Below are positions 9,095 through 17,673 of a stretch of 64,000 nucleotides of DNA, one piece after another. The stretch spans positions 2,676-66,675 of the forward strand of contig JANMYH010000234.1 in the NCBI GenBank assembly GCA_031381925.1. Direction: 5' to 3'. The DNA comes from Burkholderiales bacterium (GTDB taxonomy: Bacteria > Pseudomonadota > Gammaproteobacteria > Burkholderiales > Usitatibacteraceae). The position numbers and the translations under genes were made by a program. Under the pieces are notes generated by a model, which had not been told where the DNA came from, did not search any database, and worked only from the letters and a program-made list of their open reading frames with translations. Position 1 is the first letter of the stretch; the number at the start of each line of letters is the position of its first letter.

Positions 9095-10731
9095 TGGACG
9101 CGATTCCGAACCAAGCCGAACTGGATCCCCTCGACTGGCGCACTTCGATGCGCCGCGCAAGGCACGCAATCACCCGGCACGTTCCCCTGATCGTGGTGAG
9201 TTGCTGCGTTTCGCTTGTGCTTCTCGTGCTCTATGTAAAGATCTTCCCGCCGATCTACAAGGCCGAAGCGGTTCTCCAGGGCGAGCCCAGCGTGGACGTC
9301 GTAAAGAGCGCCTACTACGCGAGCTGGAACATCTTCCGGAAAGGCGATCAGAAGTCCGAACCAGAGCTGGTCACCTCCGGCCGTGTCGCCCGGGAAGTTG
9401 TGGCCGCGCTCGACCTGAAATTCAACGACGTGCATCACACATTCCTGACGCACGTCACCTATCTTTGGACCGATTCCTGGGTGGGGAAGAAGTACCGGGC
9501 GTTCAAGGAATGGCTGTCCCCACCGGACCCGTCCGCATACAAGGCGACGCCCGAGGAGATTGACGCGGCACGTACGATCGACGCCCTGAAGGACAGCATA
9601 TCCGTGGAGAGCGTTCTCGGCACCGTCATCGCCAAGGTAAGCGTCAGAGCCCCCACATACCGGGCTGCGGAAATCGCCAACAAGGTCGTCGACGTGTACC
9701 TGGCGGAACGCAGCAGGATGTTCAGCGACGAGGCGGCAGCGGCGGTCAAGGCCCTCGAGGTGGAGGTGGCGCGCGCGGCGGTGGACGTTGCCGCCCTCGA
9801 TCAGAAGAAGTACGAATTCGACACGCGCAACAAGGTTGTGCTCGATTTCGAAAAGGACAAGCTGGTGGTTGGGAATTGGGCTGCCCTCAAGTCATCGATA
9901 AACGATGTGAAGGCGAATATCGCCAGCCTCGAGGCGAGCCTCGAGGTCGTCGAGCAGCAGCTCGCGATCGAACCGCCGGAAATCATCAGCGCAAGGACGC
10001 TTCGGGACAGCCAGGCGAAGGGCCTGTTGCAGGCCCGGTTGTTCCAGCTGAACAGCACCCTGCAACAGGACCGGGAGCGATTTGTCCCGAGCTCGCCGGA
10101 AGTAACGCAACTGGAGAGATCCGTCGCAGAGACGCGCGGTGCGCTTCAACAGGAGCCCGACAAGGTGGAAGTCGGCCAGGAAAGGGTTGTCAATCCTGTC
10201 TACAGCGAGTTGCGGCAACGACGCAACAGCGTGCTGGCTCAGCTCGCTTCCGCCAAAGCGTCGCTGGCGGCGAAATTCGGCCCTCTCGTCGAGTTTGAAA
10301 GGCGCATGGACCAGGTTCCCGGCCTCGTCAAGGAGGTGATCGAGCAGGGCCGTATTCGCGGGGACCTTGAAATGCGCTACAAGCTCCTGGCTGAACGAGC
10401 GATGCAGGCGAAAGTCTCCCTCTCGACGATAGGAATGGCCACGCCCAGCGTACGCGTCATCGACTACGCGCACCCGCCCATGAAAGCCACCTGGCCGAGA
10501 AACATCATCCTTGTTCCGGCGGCGTTGGCGCTGGGGCTGTTTGTGGGATTTGCCCTGGCGTTGCTGGCCGAAATGTTCAGCTCACGGGTGAATCGCGATC
10601 GCCTGGCCTCGCGCCCGGATATTCCCGTATACGCCGTGATCGACCTGCGGCCCAAGCGCCCTCCGGGGATCTCGGGCCCGACCGCGCAAGATTCGCTATC
10701 TGCCGTGGACCGCCTGCGAAGAGTTTCCTGA
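9082..10731 (+). CDS. polysaccharide co-polymerase / chain-length determinant (Wzz/GumC type, no kinase domain)
   Basis: N- and C-terminal TM helices ('VPLIVVSCCVSLVLLVLYV', 'IILVPAALALGLFVGFALALLAEMF'). 'IFPPIYKAEAVLQGEP' Wzz-type motif and a long coiled-coil-like periplasmic middle. Confidence 0.75.
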   Translation: MDPMMDAIPNQAELDPLDWRTSMRRARHAITRHVPLIVVSCCVSLVLLVLYVKIFPPIYKAEAVLQGEPSVDVVKSAYYASWNIFRKGDQKSEPELVTSGRVAREVVAALDLKFNDVHHTFLTHVTYLWTDSWVGKKYRAFKEWLSPPDPSAYKATPEEIDAARTIDALKDSISVESVLGTVIAKVSVRAPTYRAAEIANKVVDVYLAERSRMFSDEAAAAVKALEVEVARAAVDVAALDQKKYEFDTRNKVVLDFEKDKLVVGNWAALKSSINDVKANIASLEASLEVVEQQLAIEPPEIISARTLRDSQAKGLLQARLFQLNSTLQQDRERFVPSSPEVTQLERSVAETRGALQQEPDKVEVGQERVVNPVYSELRQRRNSVLAQLASAKASLAAKFGPLVEFERRMDQVPGLVKEVIEQGRIRGDLEMRYKLLAERAMQAKVSLSTIGMATPSVRVIDYAHPPMKATWPRNIILVPAALALGLFVGFALALLAEMFSSRVNRDRLASRPDIPVYAVIDLRPKRPPGISGPTAQDSLSAVDRLRRVS

Positions 10732-10765
10732 GAACCATGTCCAACCGCTCGACCAAATCCTGACC

Positions 10766-11470
10766 ATGAGTGACATGAACATTCGCGCTCTTCTGGGGCG
10801 AGGCCGCGAGTTGCTGGGGCAAATGCGGCATGACGAACGCACCGGCGACCGTCCGGGGACATTCAGCCTCCTGGCGCTGCGGCTTGAGCGCGACCTTCCG
10901 CGCCAGGGCAAGGGGCGCAGCATCCTCATCGCGGCCACCGATGACGATGCGGTAGGCGTCGAGGCGACAGTGGAGCTTGCCTGGTGCCTTGCGGAGGAAC
11001 TGGGCCGCTCGGTACTGCTGGTCGACGGGGCCTTCGACGTTCGGGCACTGAGCGCTGCGCTCGGGCTCGCGGAAACGGCGGGGCTTGCGGAGCTGCTGAA
11101 TTCGCCAGCCCAAAGTCACGCGGTGCTACAGGCCGTCGTGCAACCGACACTGCATGAGCGCATCGCCGTACTGGCTCACGGCAATGATGCCGCCGACCGT
11201 GCCACCCGGGTCGAGGCGGTACAGCACCTGCTGGCAACCGCGTGCGATCGTTACGACTTTGTGCTGGTGCAAGGCTCCATCCTGGTCGAAGGCAGCCGGT
11301 CCATGGCGTTCAGCTCGCTGGTCGATGCGGCTCTCCTCGTCGCCGTGGAGGAGAAAACCACGCTGGATGACGTCACTCGGGGCCAGCGGCTCCTGAACGA
11401 CTGCGGCGCAAGGCGTGTGGCCCTCGTGCTGGCGAACCGGCCGCAGGTGCGACGCCCGAACGGTCGTTGA
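10766..11470 (+). CDS. BY-kinase-like (MinD/ParA-fold) protein with degenerate Walker motifs
   Basis: Clear similarity in layout to exopolysaccharide tyrosine autokinases ('SILIAAT..', 'RSVLLVDGAFDVR', 'YDFVLVQGSIL', 'VDAALLVAVEEKTT'). The P-loop position reads 'DDDAVGVE' (no GK[ST]) and there is no C-terminal Tyr cluster. Confidence 0.6.
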   Translation: MSDMNIRALLGRGRELLGQMRHDERTGDRPGTFSLLALRLERDLPRQGKGRSILIAATDDDAVGVEATVELAWCLAEELGRSVLLVDGAFDVRALSAALGLAETAGLAELLNSPAQSHAVLQAVVQPTLHERIAVLAHGNDAADRATRVEAVQHLLATACDRYDFVLVQGSILVEGSRSMAFSSLVDAALLVAVEEKTTLDDVTRGQRLLNDCGARRVALVLANRPQVRRPNGR

Positions 11471-11481
11471 AGTCGGTCCCG

Positions 11482-13104
11482 ATGTCTGAGCGGACAGAGA
11501 TGCCCGGACCTCCCCGGACACCTGCAATCGGCACGCGCGCCCCCTGGATGCTGCTCGGCGGATTGATCGCAGGCGCGCTGGCGTTCGCCACTATCGTTTT
11601 TGCGCACGAGGGCAACGCCAAGTACCTCGCCGCGGGACTCGTTGGCGCAGTGATCCTGATCGCCCTGCCGTTGATCAGAGACCGGCGGTTGTTCTGCCTG
11701 TACATGATCGTCTTGCTTTCGGGGATCAAGTTGCGGGTGACTTTCCTCGCCTTCCCGCACATGGGCGGAGCCGGCGGATTGTTTTTCGACGCAGTCGATC
11801 CTTTCCTTTTGCTGCTCCTGTACTTCCAGGTGCGGGACCGGATCAGGGGGCACCCTCGAACCTACCGATTCCCACCGGCCTGCGCGCTTTGGACCGGGAT
11901 GATCTTGCTCGGCGTTGGCTCCGTGATCTTCGGGTACCTGCGCATACTCGCCGCGAACGAAGCCTTTCGCATGGCAAAGCTGCTTCTGCTCGCATTGCTG
12001 GTCGTCAACGAAGTGACCCGGCACTCGCAGTTCCGCCATGTCGTCATCGCCCTCGCATTGGGGGTCATCGTGCAGTCGACGGCCGCACTGGCGCAATTCC
12101 TGATGGGCGCACAGCTCGGACTGGACTTCCTCGGCGAGGCAACCGACGAGGAGATCAATGAATTGTCGGTTGGGACCCTGTTGACCGGGGAATTCGCTTA
12201 CCGCCCGGGCGGACTCCTGGGGCACTCGAATCTGTTGGCCGCATACCTGGCCCTGTACATGCCGATGGCGATCGCCCTCATCCTGGCGCCCGTTTCATGG
12301 CTCCTCAAAGTCCTGCTTGCCATCGCCCTGCTCGTCGGCCAGCCGGCGCTGGTGCTGACGCTCTCCCGAGGAGGGTGGATCGAATTCTCGATCGCCTTCG
12401 TGATCGTGCTCGCGCTCGGTGCCGTGCATCCCGTTTCACGCAGGAAGTTCCTGCTGGCGAGGGTCGTGATCGTCGCGGGAACGGTAGCCGTCGCCGCGGC
12501 GTTGAGCCCGCAAATCCTCCAGCGCGTGGTCGGCGCCGATCCGAACTCCGTGAAAGGGAGGATCGAGTGGCTGGGCACGGCGACCGCGATGATCATGGAC
12601 AACCCGATGTTCGGGGTGGGCCTGAATGCCTACGTTTACGCGCAGCTCCCCTATGGCGAGAACAAGACGCCCCAGGAGATGACCCAGCAATACGGGGACC
12701 TTTGGCCCGTAGTGCACAACAGCTGGGTGTTGACGTGGGCGGAGCAAGGAGTCTTCGGCTTCATCCTCTGGGTCGCGCTTCATATCTCGGTGATCGCGGT
12801 GGCTGTGAGAAACCTCAGGATTCGTGATCCGATGATGCACGCGCTCAGCGCGGGACTGCTGGCGGGCTTCATTGCCATCATGATCGACGGGCTCACGAGT
12901 TTCTTTGTCCGTACGGAAGCCCCCGCTCGAATGTTCTGGATCGCAGCCGCATTGATTCTCGCGATCGGATATTGGCGACGCGCCAACGAGCAGAGCGATC
13001 CGGCGCTTGCCGACTTTGCCGTGGACCCCAAGCCGCCGCAAGCGGACAGCGATGCTGCCGCACGCGGAAGATGGCTGCCCTACCGCGCGAGCGGCTTGCG
13101 GTGA
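11482..13104 (+). CDS. O-antigen ligase/polymerase-family membrane protein (Wzy-like)
   Basis: About 12 hydrophobic segments. 'LTLSRGGWIEFSIAFVIVLALG' matches the Wzy_C/O-antigen ligase signature region. Start set to ATG 11482 (the track's TTG 11467 is also possible). Confidence 0.7.
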   Translation: MSERTEMPGPPRTPAIGTRAPWMLLGGLIAGALAFATIVFAHEGNAKYLAAGLVGAVILIALPLIRDRRLFCLYMIVLLSGIKLRVTFLAFPHMGGAGGLFFDAVDPFLLLLLYFQVRDRIRGHPRTYRFPPACALWTGMILLGVGSVIFGYLRILAANEAFRMAKLLLLALLVVNEVTRHSQFRHVVIALALGVIVQSTAALAQFLMGAQLGLDFLGEATDEEINELSVGTLLTGEFAYRPGGLLGHSNLLAAYLALYMPMAIALILAPVSWLLKVLLAIALLVGQPALVLTLSRGGWIEFSIAFVIVLALGAVHPVSRRKFLLARVVIVAGTVAVAAALSPQILQRVVGADPNSVKGRIEWLGTATAMIMDNPMFGVGLNAYVYAQLPYGENKTPQEMTQQYGDLWPVVHNSWVLTWAEQGVFGFILWVALHISVIAVAVRNLRIRDPMMHALSAGLLAGFIAIMIDGLTSFFVRTEAPARMFWIAAALILAIGYWRRANEQSDPALADFAVDPKPPQADSDAAARGRWLPYRASGLR

Positions 13105-14561
13105 CGGCACCGCCAGCCGCGCCGAATCTGCTCCAATCCGTCGTAAGCAATGCGGTCAGCCTGACAGGGGGCAGGATCCTCCTCGCGCTGCTTCGCTTCG
13201 TCGTGGCGCTCGTCATCGTGCAGCGAGCCGGGCTGGAAAGGTTCGGTGAGTTCGCACTGATCCTGAGCTTTGTCCTGGTTGCCGAGTGGCTATCGGACTT
13301 CGGACTCGCGGACGTCGCCGTTCGCCAGATCGCCGCGAACCAGCAACGCCTGAATGCCACGATGGGCGCCTTCGCGGTTTCGAAAGGCGCGCAGGGCCTC
13401 GTCGCCGCGGCCATCATGTGGGGAACGCTCGCGCTTCTCGGCTACCCCGACCACATGGTTCGATCAGGGATGATCGCCGGCGGCGCGGTGATCCTCTATT
13501 CGGGGGTCCAGGTCTACCGCCTGGGATTCCGCGCCAAAATGCAGATGGGGCGCGATGTGGGCGCGGAGGTCATCTCCGCCGTCGTTTTCCTCGCGGCAAT
13601 CTGGATCGCCACGGGCGCAGATGCCTCGCTCGAGATCCTGACGCTTTGCTACGTTCTTTCGCGAGCGGTCAACTTCGTCGCCGCCGCATTGCTCGCGAGG
13701 GGGTTGCCGACGGTCAGTTTCGGGCGCGATTTCCGCCTGGAACTGCGGGTGCTTGCGGCTTCCTGCGTACCGCTGGGCCTGACCGGACTGATGGTCAGCG
13801 CGTACGACGCGATGGATGCGATCGCGCTTTCCTGGTGGTCGACCAGCGGCGAGGTCGGGATCTTCACGTTCGCCATGCGAATCGTGATGTTCGCGGTGGT
13901 TGCCGAGCAGGCACTGGCTACTGCGGTGTTTCCGATGCTTGCCCGGCAGTGGACGCAGGACCGTGAGTCCTTCGTGCGGACCCTGCAGGCGGTCCTGGAT
14001 TGGGGAATGGTGGTGGCCGGCGCGCTCTTTTGCGCGCTGCATGCAGGGGCGCTCGGGCTGGCCGCTCTCGCCCGACAGGATTCGCACGCGATCGCCGATG
14101 TCCTGCAGATGCTGTCATGGGCCATCCTCGCCCGAGTGGTCGTCACGCTCGTCGGTCCGATGCTGGTGATCTCGGGGCGGCTGATCTACGCGGTCTGGAT
14201 TCCGGCGATCGTCATTGCCGCCAAAGGCCTTGCCCTGGCGGCGATGGCGTCGCACGGGGCGATTGGTGCAGCAGCCGCCTATCTCATCGCCGAGATCGGC
14301 GTCGGGCTGCTGCCGAACGTCATCTTCTGCCAGATGGCCGCTGGCGTGTGGCTGAATTGGTCGGTCACGGTGAAAGTCCTGGCATCGGCCGCGGTCATCG
14401 CCGCGGCGACCCGGATTCTCGGGCTGGAAGGAAGCTTGTTGCACGGCGCGGTGGCGGTGGCGGCCTACCTCGCAGTGGCCGCAATCCTCGGGGCTGTCCG
14501 GATTCAGCCGCTCAGGCAGCTCTACTCGAGCATAACGCGGCGCGGCGACGGTCATGCCTAG
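13071..14561 (+). CDS. MOP-superfamily polysaccharide flippase (Wzx-like), copy 2
   Basis: Track ORF 12972-14561 trimmed to ATG 13071 ('MAALPRERL...'). 'LLQSVVSNAVSLTGGRILLALLRFVVALVIVQRAGLERFGEFALILSF' and multi-TM throughout. Confidence 0.7.
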   Translation: MAALPRERLAVTAPPAAPNLLQSVVSNAVSLTGGRILLALLRFVVALVIVQRAGLERFGEFALILSFVLVAEWLSDFGLADVAVRQIAANQQRLNATMGAFAVSKGAQGLVAAAIMWGTLALLGYPDHMVRSGMIAGGAVILYSGVQVYRLGFRAKMQMGRDVGAEVISAVVFLAAIWIATGADASLEILTLCYVLSRAVNFVAAALLARGLPTVSFGRDFRLELRVLAASCVPLGLTGLMVSAYDAMDAIALSWWSTSGEVGIFTFAMRIVMFAVVAEQALATAVFPMLARQWTQDRESFVRTLQAVLDWGMVVAGALFCALHAGALGLAALARQDSHAIADVLQMLSWAILARVVVTLVGPMLVISGRLIYAVWIPAIVIAAKGLALAAMASHGAIGAAAAYLIAEIGVGLLPNVIFCQMAAGVWLNWSVTVKVLASAAVIAAATRILGLEGSLLHGAVAVAAYLAVAAILGAVRIQPLRQLYSSITRRGDGHA

Positions 14562-15744
14562 CCCTTTGCGCATCGCCATGATTGGCGATCGGGGCATTCC
14601 CGCGCGCTACAGCGGCTTCAGCACCCTGGTAGAGGAAGTCTCCACGAGGCTCGTCGCGAGCCATGCGATCGACGTCACCGTCTACTGCCGCTCGAATTAC
14701 TTCGACACGCGCCCGGAGGAATACCGGGGCGTGCGACTGGTCTATCTGACGGCGCCGGGGGGCAAGAGCTTCGAAAGCCTCGGGCACAGCGCAAGAGCCA
14801 TCCTTCACGCCGCGCGTCGGCCCTTCGATCTCGTGTTCGTCGTCGACCCCGGGAATGGCCCGCTCACGCTTCCGCTTCTCCTGTGCCGCATGGCGTTCGT
14901 GATCCATACCGACGGGCTTGGCTGGCAGCGCACGAAGTGGAGTGCCCTTCAGCGCCGCTACTACCGATGGTCGGAATGGGTGTCCGCGCGCCTGGCCACC
15001 GGGTTGGTCTGCGACTCCCCCGCGATGGGCGAGTACTACCTGCGAGCATACCGGGCTGCGAGCGCATACATCCCCTACGGCGGGGTTGTGGGAGACCCGC
15101 CGGACGACGCGGCGCCCGCCCTCTTCGGCCTGGAGCCGGGCCGCTACCACCTGGTCGTCGCAAGGCTGGAACCGGAGAACAATGTCGATTGGGTGATCCG
15201 CGAGTACAAGGCTTCGAATGCGCGATTCCCCCTGATCTACGTCGGCGGGGCCCGGTACGAGTCGGACTATTCCCGCCGCATATTCGCGGAAGCCGGCGCG
15301 CGCGTGAAATGCGTCGGACCGGTGTACGAATCGGGAATCCTCAATGGCCTGTACAAGCACTGCCGGACCTATATCCATGGGCATGAGGTGGGGGGGACGA
15401 ACCCGAGCCTTCTGCGAGCGATGGCGGCGGGGGCCGCCTGCGTGCCCGTCGATGTCGTTTTCCACCGCGAAGTCCTGGGGGAGAGCGCGGCGTTCTTCAG
15501 CAAGGAAACGGGCTGCCTTGCGAAAATCATCGAGAACATGGAAGCTGACGCCGGCACGACCTCGCGGCTGGGGCGGGAGGCGCGTGCCAGGGCCGAAAGG
15601 TATTACCGCTGGGATGCAGTCGCCGCGGCTTATGCCGAACTCTTTTCGCGCATCGTCGATTCCCGCAGGGCCGGAATCGCTCGCGCGCGGGCGCACGACG
15701 TGTATCACCCCGAGCGGTTCATCGCTTCCGGCGATATCGGGTAG
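14554..15744 (+). CDS. family 4 glycosyltransferase with DUF1972-type N-terminal domain
   Basis: 'RIAMIGDRGIPARYSGFSTLVEEVSTRL' (DUF1972-like). 'GHEVGGTNPSLLRAMAAGAACVPVDVVFHREVLG' (GT-B C-domain). Confidence 0.75.
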   Translation: MPSPLRIAMIGDRGIPARYSGFSTLVEEVSTRLVASHAIDVTVYCRSNYFDTRPEEYRGVRLVYLTAPGGKSFESLGHSARAILHAARRPFDLVFVVDPGNGPLTLPLLLCRMAFVIHTDGLGWQRTKWSALQRRYYRWSEWVSARLATGLVCDSPAMGEYYLRAYRAASAYIPYGGVVGDPPDDAAPALFGLEPGRYHLVVARLEPENNVDWVIREYKASNARFPLIYVGGARYESDYSRRIFAEAGARVKCVGPVYESGILNGLYKHCRTYIHGHEVGGTNPSLLRAMAAGAACVPVDVVFHREVLGESAAFFSKETGCLAKIIENMEADAGTTSRLGREARARAERYYRWDAVAAAYAELFSRIVDSRRAGIARARAHDVYHPERFIASGDIG

Positions 15745-15807
15745 CGGCGGCCTCGCAAAGTATGGATTCTGGAACTGTAAAACCATCTCTCGAGGAGAGC
15801 GATTCCG

Positions 15808-16914
15808 ATGAAGAGGATGCTCGCTAACGTCGGCATTGCCCTCGTCGCATCAATTCTCGCGTTCGGCTTCGGGGAACTCGTGGTGCGGCTGATGTTCAAG
15901 GATGAGGCTGTCCTGTTCGCGCGCTACCAGACGGGCTATGCGTACGGGAAATACCGGCTCCGCGGCCTGCGTCCAAACATGGAGTTCTGGCACTCGAGCG
16001 TTGACGGCAGCTGGAAATTCACGACCAATGCCCGGGGATTCCGCAACACCCGGGACTTTGCCTACGAAAAGCCGGCCGGCACCCTGCGGGTATTGAGCCT
16101 GGGTGACTCGAACACGCAGGGATTCGAGGTCCGGCAGGAGCAGACCTTTTCCGCGGTGCTCGAACGTGCGCTCGCCCGGCCGGGCCGCCTGGCGGAGGTA
16201 ATCAACACCGGGGTTTCCGGATTTGGAACCGCCGAGCAGCTCGCGCTCCTGGAAAACGAGGGTGTGAAGTACCGGCCGGATGTTGTCGTGCTTGGATTCT
16301 TCGCCAATGACTTTGATGACAACCTCAAGTCGGACCTGTTCAGCCTCGACGCGCGGGGCAAGGTCATCGAGAAGAACTTCGAACACCTGCCGGGCGTGAA
16401 GATCCAGAACGTCATCTACTCGATTCCAGGCGTCCGCTGGCTCGGTGACAATTCCTACTTCTATTCGATGTTGTTCAACAACGTCTGGATTTTCGCCAAG
16501 CTCCAGCTTGGCAGGCTCGCCGCGAAAGGGGCGTCTGGAAATCCCGGAAAGGAGCCGACCGAAGTCGACGGATTCGAATACAACATTCCGCGGCGTGCCA
16601 CGCGCTATCAAACCGACCTGGCCATCGCCCTCATGGAACGCATGCAGGAGTTCTGCGTCCGCAACGGCATCCGGCTGGTCGTCGTTGACGTTCCCGCCTA
16701 TCGCGAGCCGTACCAGTCCGGTCCTTCGCTGACCGAGCCCGTGCTCGAACGCCTGCGCGCGTCGAACCTGGAGGTCGTGTCCAGCCAGTCGCTGCTGGCG
16801 ACCTACGAAGGCGCGGCCGAAATGCACGTGCTGCACGGCTACCACCATATCTCCGAATTTACGCACAGCCTGATCGGAGTCGAGGTCGCACGCCGTATTG
16901 GCCGCGGGCCCTGA
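15808..16914 (+). CDS. SGNH/GDSL-like hydrolase, paralog 2 (membrane-anchored)
   Basis: N-terminal TM 'NVGIALVASILAFGFGELVV', block I 'LRVLSLGDSNTQGF', C-terminal 'HGYHHISEF' (DxxH-like position). Confidence 0.7.
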   Translation: MKRMLANVGIALVASILAFGFGELVVRLMFKDEAVLFARYQTGYAYGKYRLRGLRPNMEFWHSSVDGSWKFTTNARGFRNTRDFAYEKPAGTLRVLSLGDSNTQGFEVRQEQTFSAVLERALARPGRLAEVINTGVSGFGTAEQLALLENEGVKYRPDVVVLGFFANDFDDNLKSDLFSLDARGKVIEKNFEHLPGVKIQNVIYSIPGVRWLGDNSYFYSMLFNNVWIFAKLQLGRLAAKGASGNPGKEPTEVDGFEYNIPRRATRYQTDLAIALMERMQEFCVRNGIRLVVVDVPAYREPYQSGPSLTEPVLERLRASNLEVVSSQSLLATYEGAAEMHVLHGYHHISEFTHSLIGVEVARRIGRGP

Positions 16915-17048
16915 AAGAACGGGCGAGGCGGGCGAAAAACGCACCCTCCTATAAGGCCCCGCACGACTGGCGCATTGGCGAATGTGCGGGCGAGCGGACA
17001 TAGGCCTGTGCTAAGGTTAGGCACCGTAAATCGCCCCGCGCCCGCCGA

Positions 17049-17471
17049 ATGCAGACCCACGAGTCGTTGGACCGAAAACACGAGGTCGCGCTGTCTTCCG
17101 AGCGCAGCTTCGGCCTGGTATTCGCGGCCTTCTTCGCCATCGTCGCCGCCTTCGGGATGTGGCACGGGCACTCCGAATCCGCATGGTGGCTCGCGGTCGC
17201 GGGCGTATTCGCCCTGCTCGCCTTGTTCTGGACGGCGCCGCTGGCGCCTCTCAATCGTCTGTGGGCGCGCCTGGGTCGGCTGCTTCACGCGATCGTCAAT
17301 CCGTTGCTGATGGGGTTGATCTTCATCGTCGCGATCGTGCCGATGGGCCTGGCACTTCGGCTCTTCCGCAAGGACCTGCTGCACCTGCGCCGCGACTCTT
17401 CGGCGACGACGTATTGGGTCGCCTGCAATACATCCGCTTCGCGTCCGGACGCCATGAAGGACCAATTCTAG
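17049..17471 (+). CDS. SxtJ-family small membrane protein
   Basis: 'HESLDRKHEVALSSERSFGLVFAAFFAIVAAFG' matches my recollection of the SxtJ family N-terminus. Three hydrophobic helices. Sits directly upstream of the DUF5989-like ORF and the carbamoyltransferase. Confidence 0.6.
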   Translation: MQTHESLDRKHEVALSSERSFGLVFAAFFAIVAAFGMWHGHSESAWWLAVAGVFALLALFWTAPLAPLNRLWARLGRLLHAIVNPLLMGLIFIVAIVPMGLALRLFRKDLLHLRRDSSATTYWVACNTSASRPDAMKDQF

Positions 17472-17493
17472 GAATCTCTTGGGGAGTGGAGCA

Positions 17494-17646
17494 ATGTTGT
17501 CGCTGGCGAAAGAGCTGTGGCGCTTCATGCGCACGAGGAAGAAGTACTGGCTGTGGCCCATTATCGTGGTGATGCTGGCCCTCGGAGGCCTCGTGGTGCT
17601 GACCCAGGGATCCGCGGTCGCGCCGTTCATCTACACGTTATTCTGA
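17494..17646 (+). CDS. DUF5989 / SxtK-like 50-aa membrane peptide
   Basis: Below the track's size cut-off. Hand translation gives MLSLAKELWRFMRTRKKYWLWPIIVVMLALGGLVVLTQGSAVAPFIYTLF*. Basic N-terminus plus one TM helix, as in SxtK-like partners of carbamoyltransferases. Confidence 0.55.
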   Translation: MLSLAKELWRFMRTRKKYWLWPIIVVMLALGGLVVLTQGSAVAPFIYTLF

Positions 17647-17673
17647 TCCCCGCTGCGAGAGCAACGCGACGCC

